From the NCBI GenBank assembly GCA_964355175.1, contig CAYHBZ010000001.1:445-64444 (forward strand): a DNA stretch of 64,000 nt, given 5' to 3'. The notes beneath the pieces are model-generated. The model did not search any database, was not told the DNA's origin, and worked only from the letters and a program-made list of their open reading frames with translations. Made by a program: the position numbers and the translations under genes. This document shows, in pieces, positions 49,306 through 58,251 of this stretch; the first letter of the stretch is position 1, and each line of letters opens with the position of its first letter. The DNA comes from an uncultured Gammaproteobacteria bacterium (GTDB lineage: Bacteria > Patescibacteriota > Patescibacteriia > Magasanikbacterales > GWA2-37-8).

Positions 49306-50769
49306 CATGTTTGCAAAATCACCCTTTTGGGTGGTTTTTGCTATCACCTCGTAAGGCATTTTAAAGCTAACGTCAGCGATATTTTGATTTTCAAAAGTAA
49401 GGTTCCAAAGTAAAATTTCTAACAACTCTCTTTTACCATCATTTTGAGAATGCAAAAATTTTATTTTGGCTTGATTAGCAGTTAAAAAGACATTTTTGAT
49501 TCGTTCCAAAGTTGATAAGGGGTTATTCGGTGATTCTTTTTGAATATCTTTTTGCTGTTTCTCGAGCGTTACCCGTTCATTGTTTAAAGCCTGTATTTTG
49601 GTCGTATAAACGTCTTCGGGTATTAAGTTGGATAAGTGGCCATCTAAGACCTTTGCTTGCTTCTGACGAACGTCGTTGAGCTGTTTTTGTATACTTTCAA
49701 CTGACAGCTGAACGTATTCAAAGCTTTTGCCTGTTTTTTCTTTATTGGCTAGATATGCCATCTCAATTAAATCAGAATCTACTGCTAGTTTATTTAAAAT
49801 TTCAGCGATTTTATTTTCAGCTTCTCGTTCTTTTAAATATTTTTTGTGTTCGTCACAAATTTTCTTGCCATTAGTACAATAATAATAGACATTTCCTTTT
49901 TTGGTACTGCAAGTTAATAAACAGCCGCAATTTTTACAGTTCATAAAACCACGAAAAGGGAAGTTGTGTTTTTCTTTTTTTGCATGCATTCTGCCAGTCA
50001 AAGCAAATTTAGTTTTTTCAAAAAGTTCTTGTGAAATAATTGGTTGATGGTTGCCAGGATATAATTGACCGTGCCATTGCATAAGTCCAGCATAAAAAGT
50101 TTCAGATAATACACGATGGATAACGCTGTGTCCAACTTTACGTCCAGCCTGAGTTCTTAATCCTTGTTTATAAAGTTTGTATTCGATATCTTTAACGCTA
50201 TATGCACCGGTAGAATATAATTTAAACATTTCTTCTACAAAATGAGCACGCTCTGGATCTGGATAAACAGTTTTGTCACCTTTGTTATTTAAATAACCAA
50301 AGGGCGCATAAGAAGGCCATCCACCTTGTCTTAACTTCTCTTGATTTCCACGCTTTACATTTACACTTAAATCACGAACAAACTGATTCGCCATACCAAA
50401 TTCAAACGTCATCAAAAGTACATTGTCGGTTGGAAAATAAGTTCTATCGTGGGCTCGAATTTCTTGCACTATACTTTTTTGAAGAATCCAATTTATGGCA
50501 CCACCATCGACAGGGTTTCTTGCTAAGCGATCCAGTTTCCACACATAAAGAACACAAGGATTATTTAATTTAATATAATCCATCATTTCTTGAAACACTG
50601 GTCGCCCTGGTTCTTTCGCAGACATGCTCTCACAAAAAATCCTATCTAAGATAACACCCTCACGAGCCGCCTTTGTTTGTATTTCGTTTACTTGAGCGTC
50701 AATAGACAAGGATTGTTTCTCTTCTGATTCGGAAGATTTACGACAGTAAGCGAGGTATTTCATATTCAA
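49267..50769 (-). CDS. large serine recombinase (integrase)
   Basis: N-terminal resolvase domain (YCRKSSESEEKQSLSIDAQ, catalytic Ser), recombinase domain, Zn-ribbon CKNCGC...YYYC, coiled-coil C-terminus. Confidence 0.85.
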   Translation of the reverse strand: MNMKYLAYCRKSSESEEKQSLSIDAQVNEIQTKAAREGVILDRIFCESMSAKEPGRPVFQEMMDYIKLNNPCVLYVWKLDRLARNPVDGGAINWILQKSIVQEIRAHDRTYFPTDNVLLMTFEFGMANQFVRDLSVNVKRGNQEKLRQGGWPSYAPFGYLNNKGDKTVYPDPERAHFVEEMFKLYSTGAYSVKDIEYKLYKQGLRTQAGRKVGHSVIHRVLSETFYAGLMQWHGQLYPGNHQPIISQELFEKTKFALTGRMHAKKEKHNFPFRGFMNCKNCGCLLTCSTKKGNVYYYCTNGKKICDEHKKYLKEREAENKIAEILNKLAVDSDLIEMAYLANKEKTGKSFEYVQLSVESIQKQLNDVRQKQAKVLDGHLSNLIPEDVYTTKIQALNNERVTLEKQQKDIQKESPNNPLSTLERIKNVFLTANQAKIKFLHSQNDGKRELLEILLWNLTFENQNIADVSFKMPYEVIAKTTQKGDFANMLRGWDSNPRPIG

Positions 50770-50772
50770 AAA

Positions 50773-51723
50773 TTAAAATTCAGGTAATTCAATCGGTCTT
50801 TTATTATTATCATAAGCCTCTTGATCCAGTTTTGTCGGAACGGTTTCGAGAATATCATAACCAGTAATATCAAGAAAGGCAAGTAGCTGTTTTAAAATAT
50901 CAGGATTATTAATTAGATTATAACGCTTATAATCAAGTAAAGGTATATACCCTTCGGTCTTTTTATCAGAGTGGTATTCAAGTGTTTCAGGTGGAACGAA
51001 ATCCAACAACTCATTGATTTGATCATCAAAATATACGAAGCGAGGTTTTTTAAGTTGTTTGCTAACAAAATAACATTTTTTACCGTGTAAGCGAGAATCA
51101 TCAAAATTTTTTGACATATACTTTGACATATACCTAATTATCTTTTTAAGTTCATCCACATTTTTGGTACTTTTAACATTTATAAATCCTTGTCCCCATA
51201 CCTCAACAATTTTCTTTTTAATATCACTGATAAATGGAAGGTTGAAAAACATAATATGATAATGAATAGCCCCACGCTTTTGAAACTCGATAACCACAAT
51301 GTATCTCAGAAAACTCTTTTTATTTTTGGTAATAAAGAAATTAAGACGTTGAATATATTTAGTAAATTCATAATTAGCAAATTTGATGTCAGTAATATTA
51401 TCTCCGAAAGTAAGGGTAATAAACAGCGGGGGATCAATGTGTCCATATGAATCAGGCCAAGCATAGGCATTGCAGTTGATATGATCGTGAAATTGACGTT
51501 TGGCACGCCATAGACGTTGTTGTTTGGCTAATTCTTTATCTACATCTTCTACCCCTGTCTTTTCAACTCTCTCTTTCTTTTCCTTTTCTGGTCTACCACC
51601 AACAAAAAAGTCTTTGCCAAAAAGACGAACCTCAATAACTGCTCCGCAGATTTTTAACTGTTTATCAGTTTTGTAATATAATTTTTCACCATTAAATTTT
51701 GATTTAGCCCAATTACTTAGCAT
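50773..51723 (-). CDS. rolling-circle replication initiator (HUH endonuclease, phiX174 gpA-like superfamily I Rep)
   Basis: Motif I FITLTF, motif II HYHIMFF (HUH), motif III YMSKYMSK (two catalytic Tyr, YxxKY). Confidence 0.75.
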   Translation of the reverse strand: MLSNWAKSKFNGEKLYYKTDKQLKICGAVIEVRLFGKDFFVGGRPEKEKKERVEKTGVEDVDKELAKQQRLWRAKRQFHDHINCNAYAWPDSYGHIDPPLFITLTFGDNITDIKFANYEFTKYIQRLNFFITKNKKSFLRYIVVIEFQKRGAIHYHIMFFNLPFISDIKKKIVEVWGQGFINVKSTKNVDELKKIIRYMSKYMSKNFDDSRLHGKKCYFVSKQLKKPRFVYFDDQINELLDFVPPETLEYHSDKKTEGYIPLLDYKRYNLINNPDILKQLLAFLDITGYDILETVPTKLDQEAYDNNKRPIELPEF

Positions 51724-51749
51724 ATTTATAAATTGTTTATCTGATTATG

Positions 51750-51843
51750 TGTATAGTGAATCAAGTCCAACTACCTATACACAATGGCACAGGAAATAAA
51801 ATTAGATTTATGATTATTTGCCTTGCCTTTGGCAAGGCAAATA
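51750..51843. other. candidate replication-origin hairpins next to the rep gene
   Basis: TGTGTATAG...CTATACACA inverted repeat (51750-51785) and a perfect 12-bp palindrome ATTTGCCTTGCC-TTT-GGCAAGGCAAAT (51817-51843). Confidence 0.35.
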
Positions 51844-52184
51844 ATATTTCAGTGGCCTATAGACCTCTACAGGTTCGCTCCGCTCTCACGGCCACCGACC
51901 ACCACATACAGTCCTTTAATAAAAAACTACCTTCTGTAGGAAAACTCTGCTCTCGCGGAACACAGTTAATGCTTTTCGAACCAATCACATAGTTTAGCGA
52001 GCGAATCCAAATACTCATTGGCCTGTTCGTTCGTTATATCCAAACCATATCTACTTTTGAAATAGACAATAAGACGTCGGCGAAGAGGTTCGGAATAATT
52101 AAATAAAAAAGCCATAGTTTTAAATATATGGCTTCTACTCTATATTGTTTATTTAAAAACGTATAAGGCGGAATTGGTTTCTGA

Positions 52185-52838
52185 TTATGTCTTATTCTTT
52201 AATCTCTTAATAATTTTGGAAATATCATTATAGCCTACAGTAGTTGAAGGGTAGTTGTCTTTTACATTTCTTACTATTTTTTTCGCTGTCAGACCTTCTT
52301 TTTTTAAAAAGAGTATAAACATATCACGAGGATAGTTTTTCGATATCCGCAAATCTTTTTCCTTCACTTTATAAAATTCTTGCTTTGCTTTATTAATTTT
52401 AAGCCACCGTTTTTGAATATCTTTTATCGTTGTATCAGGATAAATCGGTATCGCTAAAATACCATCTTCTTTTTTTTCAGCACCATAAATAAAACAAGCC
52501 GGAGTTTGTAGTATAAATCTATCACACCATTTATGTGTAACACAACCAAAAATCACAATACTAAATAATATCGGAATTGATTTAGATCCAAGTTGGTATT
52601 TCTTTTGTAAAAAAATCAATTCCTTCTCAAGGGTTGGCCAATTTTCTTTGGTAATAATTTCTTTGGATGAATCCCGAGAAAGGTAGGTTTCGCCACCTCT
52701 TTTAATTATTGGGACAAATATTTTTGCAATTTCTTTAGTATCTTTATCAAATTTTTCATCTATTTGATGAAGAGCTAATACTCTCGCAAGAGCTTTCTTA
52801 TCAAATGTTTCTTCCCACCATTTTGTATTAAATTTCAT
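52185..52838 (-). CDS. hypothetical protein of the integrated element
   Basis: 217-aa ORF with a possible HTH-like C-terminus; no recognisable family. Confidence 0.5.
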   Translation of the reverse strand: MKFNTKWWEETFDKKALARVLALHQIDEKFDKDTKEIAKIFVPIIKRGGETYLSRDSSKEIITKENWPTLEKELIFLQKKYQLGSKSIPILFSIVIFGCVTHKWCDRFILQTPACFIYGAEKKEDGILAIPIYPDTTIKDIQKRWLKINKAKQEFYKVKEKDLRISKNYPRDMFILFLKKEGLTAKKIVRNVKDNYPSTTVGYNDISKIIKRLKNKT

Positions 52839-52907
52839 AGTGAATTTACTGTATCACAAGTAAAAACTCTTTAAAAGAGGAGGGAAACACATTGTTGTTT
52901 ACTGTAG

Positions 52908-53555
52908 CTATTTCTTATTATATTCAATTTTGGCTACCTTAACTATTCCATCCGCCACTCTGTCCAAATATTTATCAATAACAAAATTTGGGTACCGTAT
53001 TGTTTTAAAACCTTTTTTAACTGAATAGTACGATCTGTAATAATCGGATTCAATTTGTTTTGGATCTGTATAATGTTGAATTCCATCGATTTCAATATTG
53101 ATTCTTGCCCACGGAATAGCTATATCAATGTGTTTATACCCATCCCATTTTTCTAACTCACATTTTATACCTCTTGATTCTAAAGCAGTGTGCAAAGCTT
53201 TTGCTTGTGGTGTTGACGAACTTGTGTTTATTTTTGCGATATTATGAATTTTGTCTGGTTTTATAGTGACTACCATCTGCTCAATATCCGCATTGAGATT
53301 TTTATAGCTAGCCAAAATTTTATCCGCTTTCTTTTTGTTCCAAATTTTAAATGCTATATAACCAGCAATTAACAAAACAAGAATAATACTTATTACAATA
53401 AACCAACGCCAAAAAGTTATTTTATCCGTATAAAAAATATACAAAATATAAATTAGGCCAAAAAGTAATAAAATACCTAATGGGTTATCAGTGTCATAAT
53501 CATAAAAATCTTCATCATCATTGTAGTGTCTATATTTTCTTCGGTATTTACCCAT
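52908..53555 (-). CDS. membrane-anchored DUF559/Vsr-like (PD-(D/E)xK) endonuclease domain protein
   Basis: TM segment, then GIKCELEKWDGYKHIDIAIPWARINIEIDGIQHY matching the DUF559 core. Confidence 0.6.
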   Translation of the reverse strand: MGKYRRKYRHYNDDEDFYDYDTDNPLGILLLFGLIYILYIFYTDKITFWRWFIVISIILVLLIAGYIAFKIWNKKKADKILASYKNLNADIEQMVVTIKPDKIHNIAKINTSSSTPQAKALHTALESRGIKCELEKWDGYKHIDIAIPWARINIEIDGIQHYTDPKQIESDYYRSYYSVKKGFKTIRYPNFVIDKYLDRVADGIVKVAKIEYNKK

Positions 53556-53825
53556 ATATATAATAATTGGGTAACAAAAAAGGCTACCCGTAACTCTGGC
53601 GGCTCCTTGCGAAGCCCAACAGCCTTTCGACTGCTGACTGGAAAAACAATACCAGAGACGGCGTAGCCATCTCTATGTTTTTCCAGATTTTTGACCATAC
53701 CCGACGGAATTCGACGGGGTTAGGTCTGTTGAATTGTAAAGATAGTATATATTATCTACTTATTTTTATCAACACTTGACACTAATTTTAGTTACTGTAT
53801 AATACTCCTATTCCTTGGTGGAGTA

Positions 53826-55472
53826 TTGGTATCAAAATTGATATCGATCACAGAAACCAAATACAATCTTACTGGTCGATTTGTATTTGATCTCGAACAC
53901 CTTCCAAGGGTGTTTATTTATTTTTTAGTATCCTTTATGGATATTGAAATAACAAAAAATTATATGGATCAATTTACTTCAAATCACCCAAATGCAGCAA
54001 GATTACTCACTTCATTGCGAAACACAGGTTATGATAGTCGAACAGCGATAGAAGACATAATCGACAATTCTATCGATGCTGGTTCGCGTATTATTAATAT
54101 AAATATTAACACTGTTGATAAAGAATCTCGAGTTGTCATTTCAGATGATGGGTCTGGAATGTCACTTCAGATTTTAGACGAAGCTTTAAAATTGGGATCG
54201 GCTACCGAAAAAGACGAAATGTCTGATTTGGGAAAATATGGCATGGGCCTTTGTACAGCTTCTATTTCGATGGCAAAGAGACTTAAAGTAATAACAACAA
54301 CAAACGGACTTGAGTATCTTACTAGTATTCAGGATCTTGATGACGTGGTTAAGGCTAACGATTTTATAAAGGAATTACGTGGCGCAAATACCGATGAAAT
54401 TTCATTGTTCAAAGAATTCGTTAAAGGCGACCATGGAACAGTTGTAATTCTTACAAAGATCGATCGATTGTCTAATGAAAATCTTAGTATATTTTCAGCA
54501 AGTTTAGCCAAAGAGGTCGGTCGTATTTTTCGAAAATTTATTGAATCCGGAATTCAATTTACCATGAATGGAAAAAAGATTGAGTCAGTTGATCCTCTTA
54601 TGTTAGATCAAAAAGGTACGCAAGTATATTCAGACGAAGAATACGAAGTGCCTGTTTCAAACGGTAAAGAAAAAATTCGAGTAAAAGTTGTTATATTGCC
54701 TGATGTAAATGAAGAACTAGAGAAAGAACTTAAGATGAATATCCAGTCGCAAGGTTTCTATTTATTAAGAAATAATCGAGAAATTGCAAACGGCGAGGCA
54801 CTTGATGTATTTAGAAAGCATAACGATTACAATCGTTTGCGAATTGAGCTTTCTTTTACTTCAAATATGGATAATGAAATGGGTGTTCGGTTTACTAAAG
54901 ATGGGGTAAGTCCAAATCAAGCTATAAGCGATTATCTCAAAAGTGAGATTGGAGGACAGGTAGCATCAATCCGAAAAATATTAAAACCAAAGTTTGCTGA
55001 CAAATCAAAAGAAATTGACCATGAGGAGTCTGCAGCTGTTATTGCAAGAAAATCAAAATTGCTTATTACACCAGAAGCCATTATTGAAAAAAGAGAACCA
55101 AAAATGAATGATGGGGCCAAAAAAGAAAAAAACGAGAATGATGAAAAAAGAGAGCGGGTGCCTAACAAAACACGACTTTCTTCAAGAGGGCTTGGTGCAC
55201 GTTTTGAAACTTCATCAATGGGCAGAGAAGGTGCGTTGTACGATTGTTACCAAGAAGGAAAAGTAGTTGTTATACGTTGGAACGTGGATCATCCTTTTTA
55301 TGAAAAGATTATTCTATTAAATAAAGACCGAAAGGATATAACAGCAGGAATAGATTTTCTCATTTATGCCTTAGCTTCAGCGGAGCTTAAAACTACTAAT
55401 GATGATAATGCTGAATTAATAAGTACAATTAAATCAATAATGTCTGCAAACCTAAGAGCCTTGTTGTCTTAA
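53826..55472 (+). CDS. MORC-like GHKL (Bergerat-fold) ATPase
   Basis: N box IEDIIDNSIDAGS, G1 DDGSGMS, G2 GKYGMGL, MORC-like GFYLLRNNREI S5 region; the true start may be the internal ATG at 53937. Confidence 0.7.
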   Translation: MVSKLISITETKYNLTGRFVFDLEHLPRVFIYFLVSFMDIEITKNYMDQFTSNHPNAARLLTSLRNTGYDSRTAIEDIIDNSIDAGSRIINININTVDKESRVVISDDGSGMSLQILDEALKLGSATEKDEMSDLGKYGMGLCTASISMAKRLKVITTTNGLEYLTSIQDLDDVVKANDFIKELRGANTDEISLFKEFVKGDHGTVVILTKIDRLSNENLSIFSASLAKEVGRIFRKFIESGIQFTMNGKKIESVDPLMLDQKGTQVYSDEEYEVPVSNGKEKIRVKVVILPDVNEELEKELKMNIQSQGFYLLRNNREIANGEALDVFRKHNDYNRLRIELSFTSNMDNEMGVRFTKDGVSPNQAISDYLKSEIGGQVASIRKILKPKFADKSKEIDHEESAAVIARKSKLLITPEAIIEKREPKMNDGAKKEKNENDEKRERVPNKTRLSSRGLGARFETSSMGREGALYDCYQEGKVVVIRWNVDHPFYEKIILLNKDRKDITAGIDFLIYALASAELKTTNDDNAELISTIKSIMSANLRALLS

Positions 55473-55519
55473 TCGGCTGGCCCCCTTAATTGGGGGTCTT
55501 TTTTTAATATATATACAAT

Positions 55520-56404
55520 ATGACTGATCAAAATATAATTCAACAAGATTCGCTGGAGCCACATTTGTCGGTCGTTGTTAGTGGTAATTTGGTGGAGCCG
55601 ACACACGACGCCTTTATAGAACAATTAACTGGTGGAAAAAGCAAAAAATACGTCAGATTCGTAATTGCCGCGTTAAGTAGTATTCCTTGGGTGGGTGGTG
55701 TAATCGGAGCAGTAGCAGGTTATAGTGCTGAAAAGGATCAGGAAAAAATCAATATACTACAAAAATTATGGCTTGAGGAACATAGAGAGAAAATAAAAGA
55801 ATTGACGAATACCTTTGCTGAAATTTTTGGCAGATTAGATAGTTTTGGAGACGAAGTGCAACAACGGATCGAGTCACCGGAATACTTGTTATTAGTCAAG
55901 AAAAATTTTCGTATTTGGGACCAAGCGGACACAAACGACAAAAGAGAAATGTTAAAAAAACTTATAACAAATGCTGGCGCAATATCGTTATGCCCGGATG
56001 ATTTAATCAGGCTTTTTATCAGTTGGATTGATTTATATCACGAAGCTCATTTCTCGATAATCAAAGAAATTAATAAAAATCCAGCAATAACTCGAGGGTC
56101 AATATGGGAAGAAATTCATGGTGAAATACCACGTGAAGATTCCGCAGAAGCTGATTTGTATCGTTTATTAATTAGCGATCTTAGTATCGGACGTGTAATT
56201 CGTCAAGCAAGAGACACGGATATGCACGGCAGATTTTTAAAGAAAAGTCGTACCGGCCAATCTCGTAGTCGCTCGTCTGGCATAATGGAATCTGCATTTG
56301 AAGACACCAAACCATATGTGCTAACTGAACTTGGTACGCAATTCGTACATTACGTTATGAAAGACGTGGTGCCAGAGATTGGGACAGGTAACATCTCACC
56401 ATAA
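55520..56404 (+). CDS. hypothetical membrane-associated protein, partner of the GHKL ATPase
   Basis: 294 aa, one TM (FVIAALSSIPWVGGVIGAVAGY); same strand and short gap to the GHKL gene. Confidence 0.5.
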   Translation: MTDQNIIQQDSLEPHLSVVVSGNLVEPTHDAFIEQLTGGKSKKYVRFVIAALSSIPWVGGVIGAVAGYSAEKDQEKINILQKLWLEEHREKIKELTNTFAEIFGRLDSFGDEVQQRIESPEYLLLVKKNFRIWDQADTNDKREMLKKLITNAGAISLCPDDLIRLFISWIDLYHEAHFSIIKEINKNPAITRGSIWEEIHGEIPREDSAEADLYRLLISDLSIGRVIRQARDTDMHGRFLKKSRTGQSRSRSSGIMESAFEDTKPYVLTELGTQFVHYVMKDVVPEIGTGNISP

Positions 56405-56512
56405 TAAAATCTTTCTAAAGTCGTCTAAGACATCCAGAAATAGAAAAAAACGACTTACAATCAATGGTTGATAGCTTTGGTAGGTGAGTTGGTTAATATA
56501 AATATGTCTATA

Positions 56513-56558
56513 GTTTAGCCAAATACCGTCCAATCTCATCCCACATGTAGAGCCAACG
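56513..56558. repeat. ~45-bp direct repeat, copy A (copy B at 57288-57335), flanking a high-GC sub-insert
   Basis: TTAGCCAAATACCGTCCAATCTCATCCCACATGTAGAGCCAA versus TTAGCCAACCACATTCCAATTTCATCCCACAACCAGAGCAAT, about 80% identical. Confidence 0.55.
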
Positions 56559-56767
56559 TGCACGAACAGAAGCGAAAGCTTCTGTTTTTTGTTCAACCAT
56601 ACGGGTTTTTATCAATTATCTCTTACAATCTTTTTTATGCATATATCATTGACAAAACCAACCAAATCATGGTAAGTTTATCTATTCCAAAAACCACACT
56701 TCGTGGATATGGGATCTCCGCCGTGAGAGGGTCGCGGTCAACCAAAGTTCTGAACAAGGAGCATGTC

Positions 56768-57253
56768 ATGCTGGCACGTTTGCAAAAGTACATCCAGGCT
56801 CAAGGGTTCCGTGTCCACGAAATGGCCGAATTGGCCCCTGGCGTGATCGTCGTCCACGACAACTACGGCGAACACGGCGGAGAGTTTGATGCCTACATCG
56901 ACGCTGAAGCCATCGGGCCGACGCAACCGGAAATCTGGGGAGAGGAAGGCCTCGTAACTCCTGGTCTCAAGGGCACTGGCCTCGGCGTCTTGCAGGGCGT
57001 TGCCTTCGGGTCCCCCCCCCAAGAGCGTTTTGCAGTTCTTCCAGGCCGCGCCCCAGCTCCTGACCGGCAAGCAGGCGCCGATCTCCTGGTACGAAGCGCC
57101 CCAGCCGCTCGAAGTCCCGCAGGACATCCGGGCGTGAGCCACATCCGGGTCTTACCAACCCAGGCAGAGCTAGGGTTCTCGGATCCTCGCTCTCGCTGTC
57201 TGAATATTAAATTAGTATTTGGACAACGCGAGCGATTCGAGATTTATATATAA
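56768..57253 (+). pseudogene. high-GC ORF with its own AAGGAG RBS; the C-terminal half reads as a frameshifted product after a C9 homopolymer
   Basis: ~62% GC; SD AAGGAG 7 nt before the ATG; the N-terminal ~80 aa are protein-like, after C9 (57012-57020) it becomes Pro/Ala/Arg-rich; a convergent minus-frame ORF is also protein-like. Confidence 0.35.
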
Positions 57254-57290
57254 AATCCAACCATTTTTATGGTTGGATTTTTATTTTGTA
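57252..57290 (+). terminator. terminator hairpin AAATCCAACCA-loop-TGGTTGGATTT with a T-run
   Basis: Perfect 11-bp stem followed by TTTTATTTT. Confidence 0.7.
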
Positions 57291-57489
57291 TTAGCCAACC
57301 ACATTCCAATTTCATCCCACAACCAGAGCAATTCAAAAATAGGCGGTGCATTAAGTTTAGGTTACTGCCTTTGCAAGTTAGTTGGTCTCGCTAAGTTTAT
57401 TATTTTTTGGTATACTGAGTAAGTTGATAAGAAATAATATTTTGTACAGGTGGCTTAATTTATTATATTCAAAGTAGATACTTCATAAT

Positions 57490-58200
57490 ATGATATACTC
57501 TTTTAAAAAATTGACGGACCTGCAAAGGAAAATATGTCTTAAAACCATTAGCCCAAAAGCGATATATGCTATAGTCGGCGATGCAATAATAAACCGTAAA
57601 AGCATCTCTATAGTTAGAATGGGTGATGGAGAGTGTAAAATATTAAGTGCAGACAAAGCTAAGCCATTTACGGATTTTAATCATACGCACAAAGATTGGA
57701 ATAAAAGGTTGGGCATCGAAGGCATTTCCATTGATGTTTTACAAAAAAATATTCTAGAAGCCGGAAACAAATGTACTTACTTCGCACCCTCGATTTCTGG
57801 TGTTTTTATACCTGAATATCATTTATATAATTTTTTTAAACCACGCCCGTATTATTTTGATAATTTTTATGTAAACGACTGGACTACGGGGATGATCAAA
57901 ATGCTTTTAGAGGCCAGTGACGGTATTTTTATTATACATAGAGATTATAAAAAAATTATTAGTAATTTTAAAAAAAATATAATTTGCGACAAAAAAATAA
58001 AGTTTGACGGCTTTCCTAAAAACAATTGGGATGATAATGATCAAGCGATTGATATGGCAGTTAAATCCGGTATGCAGTTAATTCTTTTTAGTGGTGGCCC
58101 TAGCGGAAAAGTCATTGGACCAGAAATTGCAAAGGCTAAGAATAAAATAGTGTTGGATGTTGGAAACACATTGATGTCTTGGAGTATAAAAGCAAGCTGA
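57490..58200 (+). CDS. DUF1792 (GT-D type glycosyltransferase-like) protein
   Basis: SIVRMGDGECKIL matches the DUF1792 hallmark. Confidence 0.45.
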   Translation: MIYSFKKLTDLQRKICLKTISPKAIYAIVGDAIINRKSISIVRMGDGECKILSADKAKPFTDFNHTHKDWNKRLGIEGISIDVLQKNILEAGNKCTYFAPSISGVFIPEYHLYNFFKPRPYYFDNFYVNDWTTGMIKMLLEASDGIFIIHRDYKKIISNFKKNIICDKKIKFDGFPKNNWDDNDQAIDMAVKSGMQLILFSGGPSGKVIGPEIAKAKNKIVLDVGNTLMSWSIKAS

Positions 58201-58251
58201 TTAATGATATACTTAGATAATAAAATAAAATTTGAAACACTTTTTTAAAGT

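Larger units (their letters stand above)
49234..57335. mobile_element. integrated element at tRNA-Asn carrying a serine recombinase, RCR Rep, DUF559 endonuclease, GHKL ATPase cassette and a GC-rich sub-insert
   Basis: The recombinase ORF's last 39 nt overlap the tRNA 3' end; Rep and cargo genes follow; candidate degenerate att-like repeats (..CATCCCACA..AGAGCA) at 56513-56558 and 57288-57335; the right boundary is approximate. Confidence 0.55.

Noticed and set aside
51747-51992. 81-aa ORF next to the rep gene
   Set aside because: The region is hairpin-rich and better explained as a replication-origin or regulatory region. It has no coding signal.
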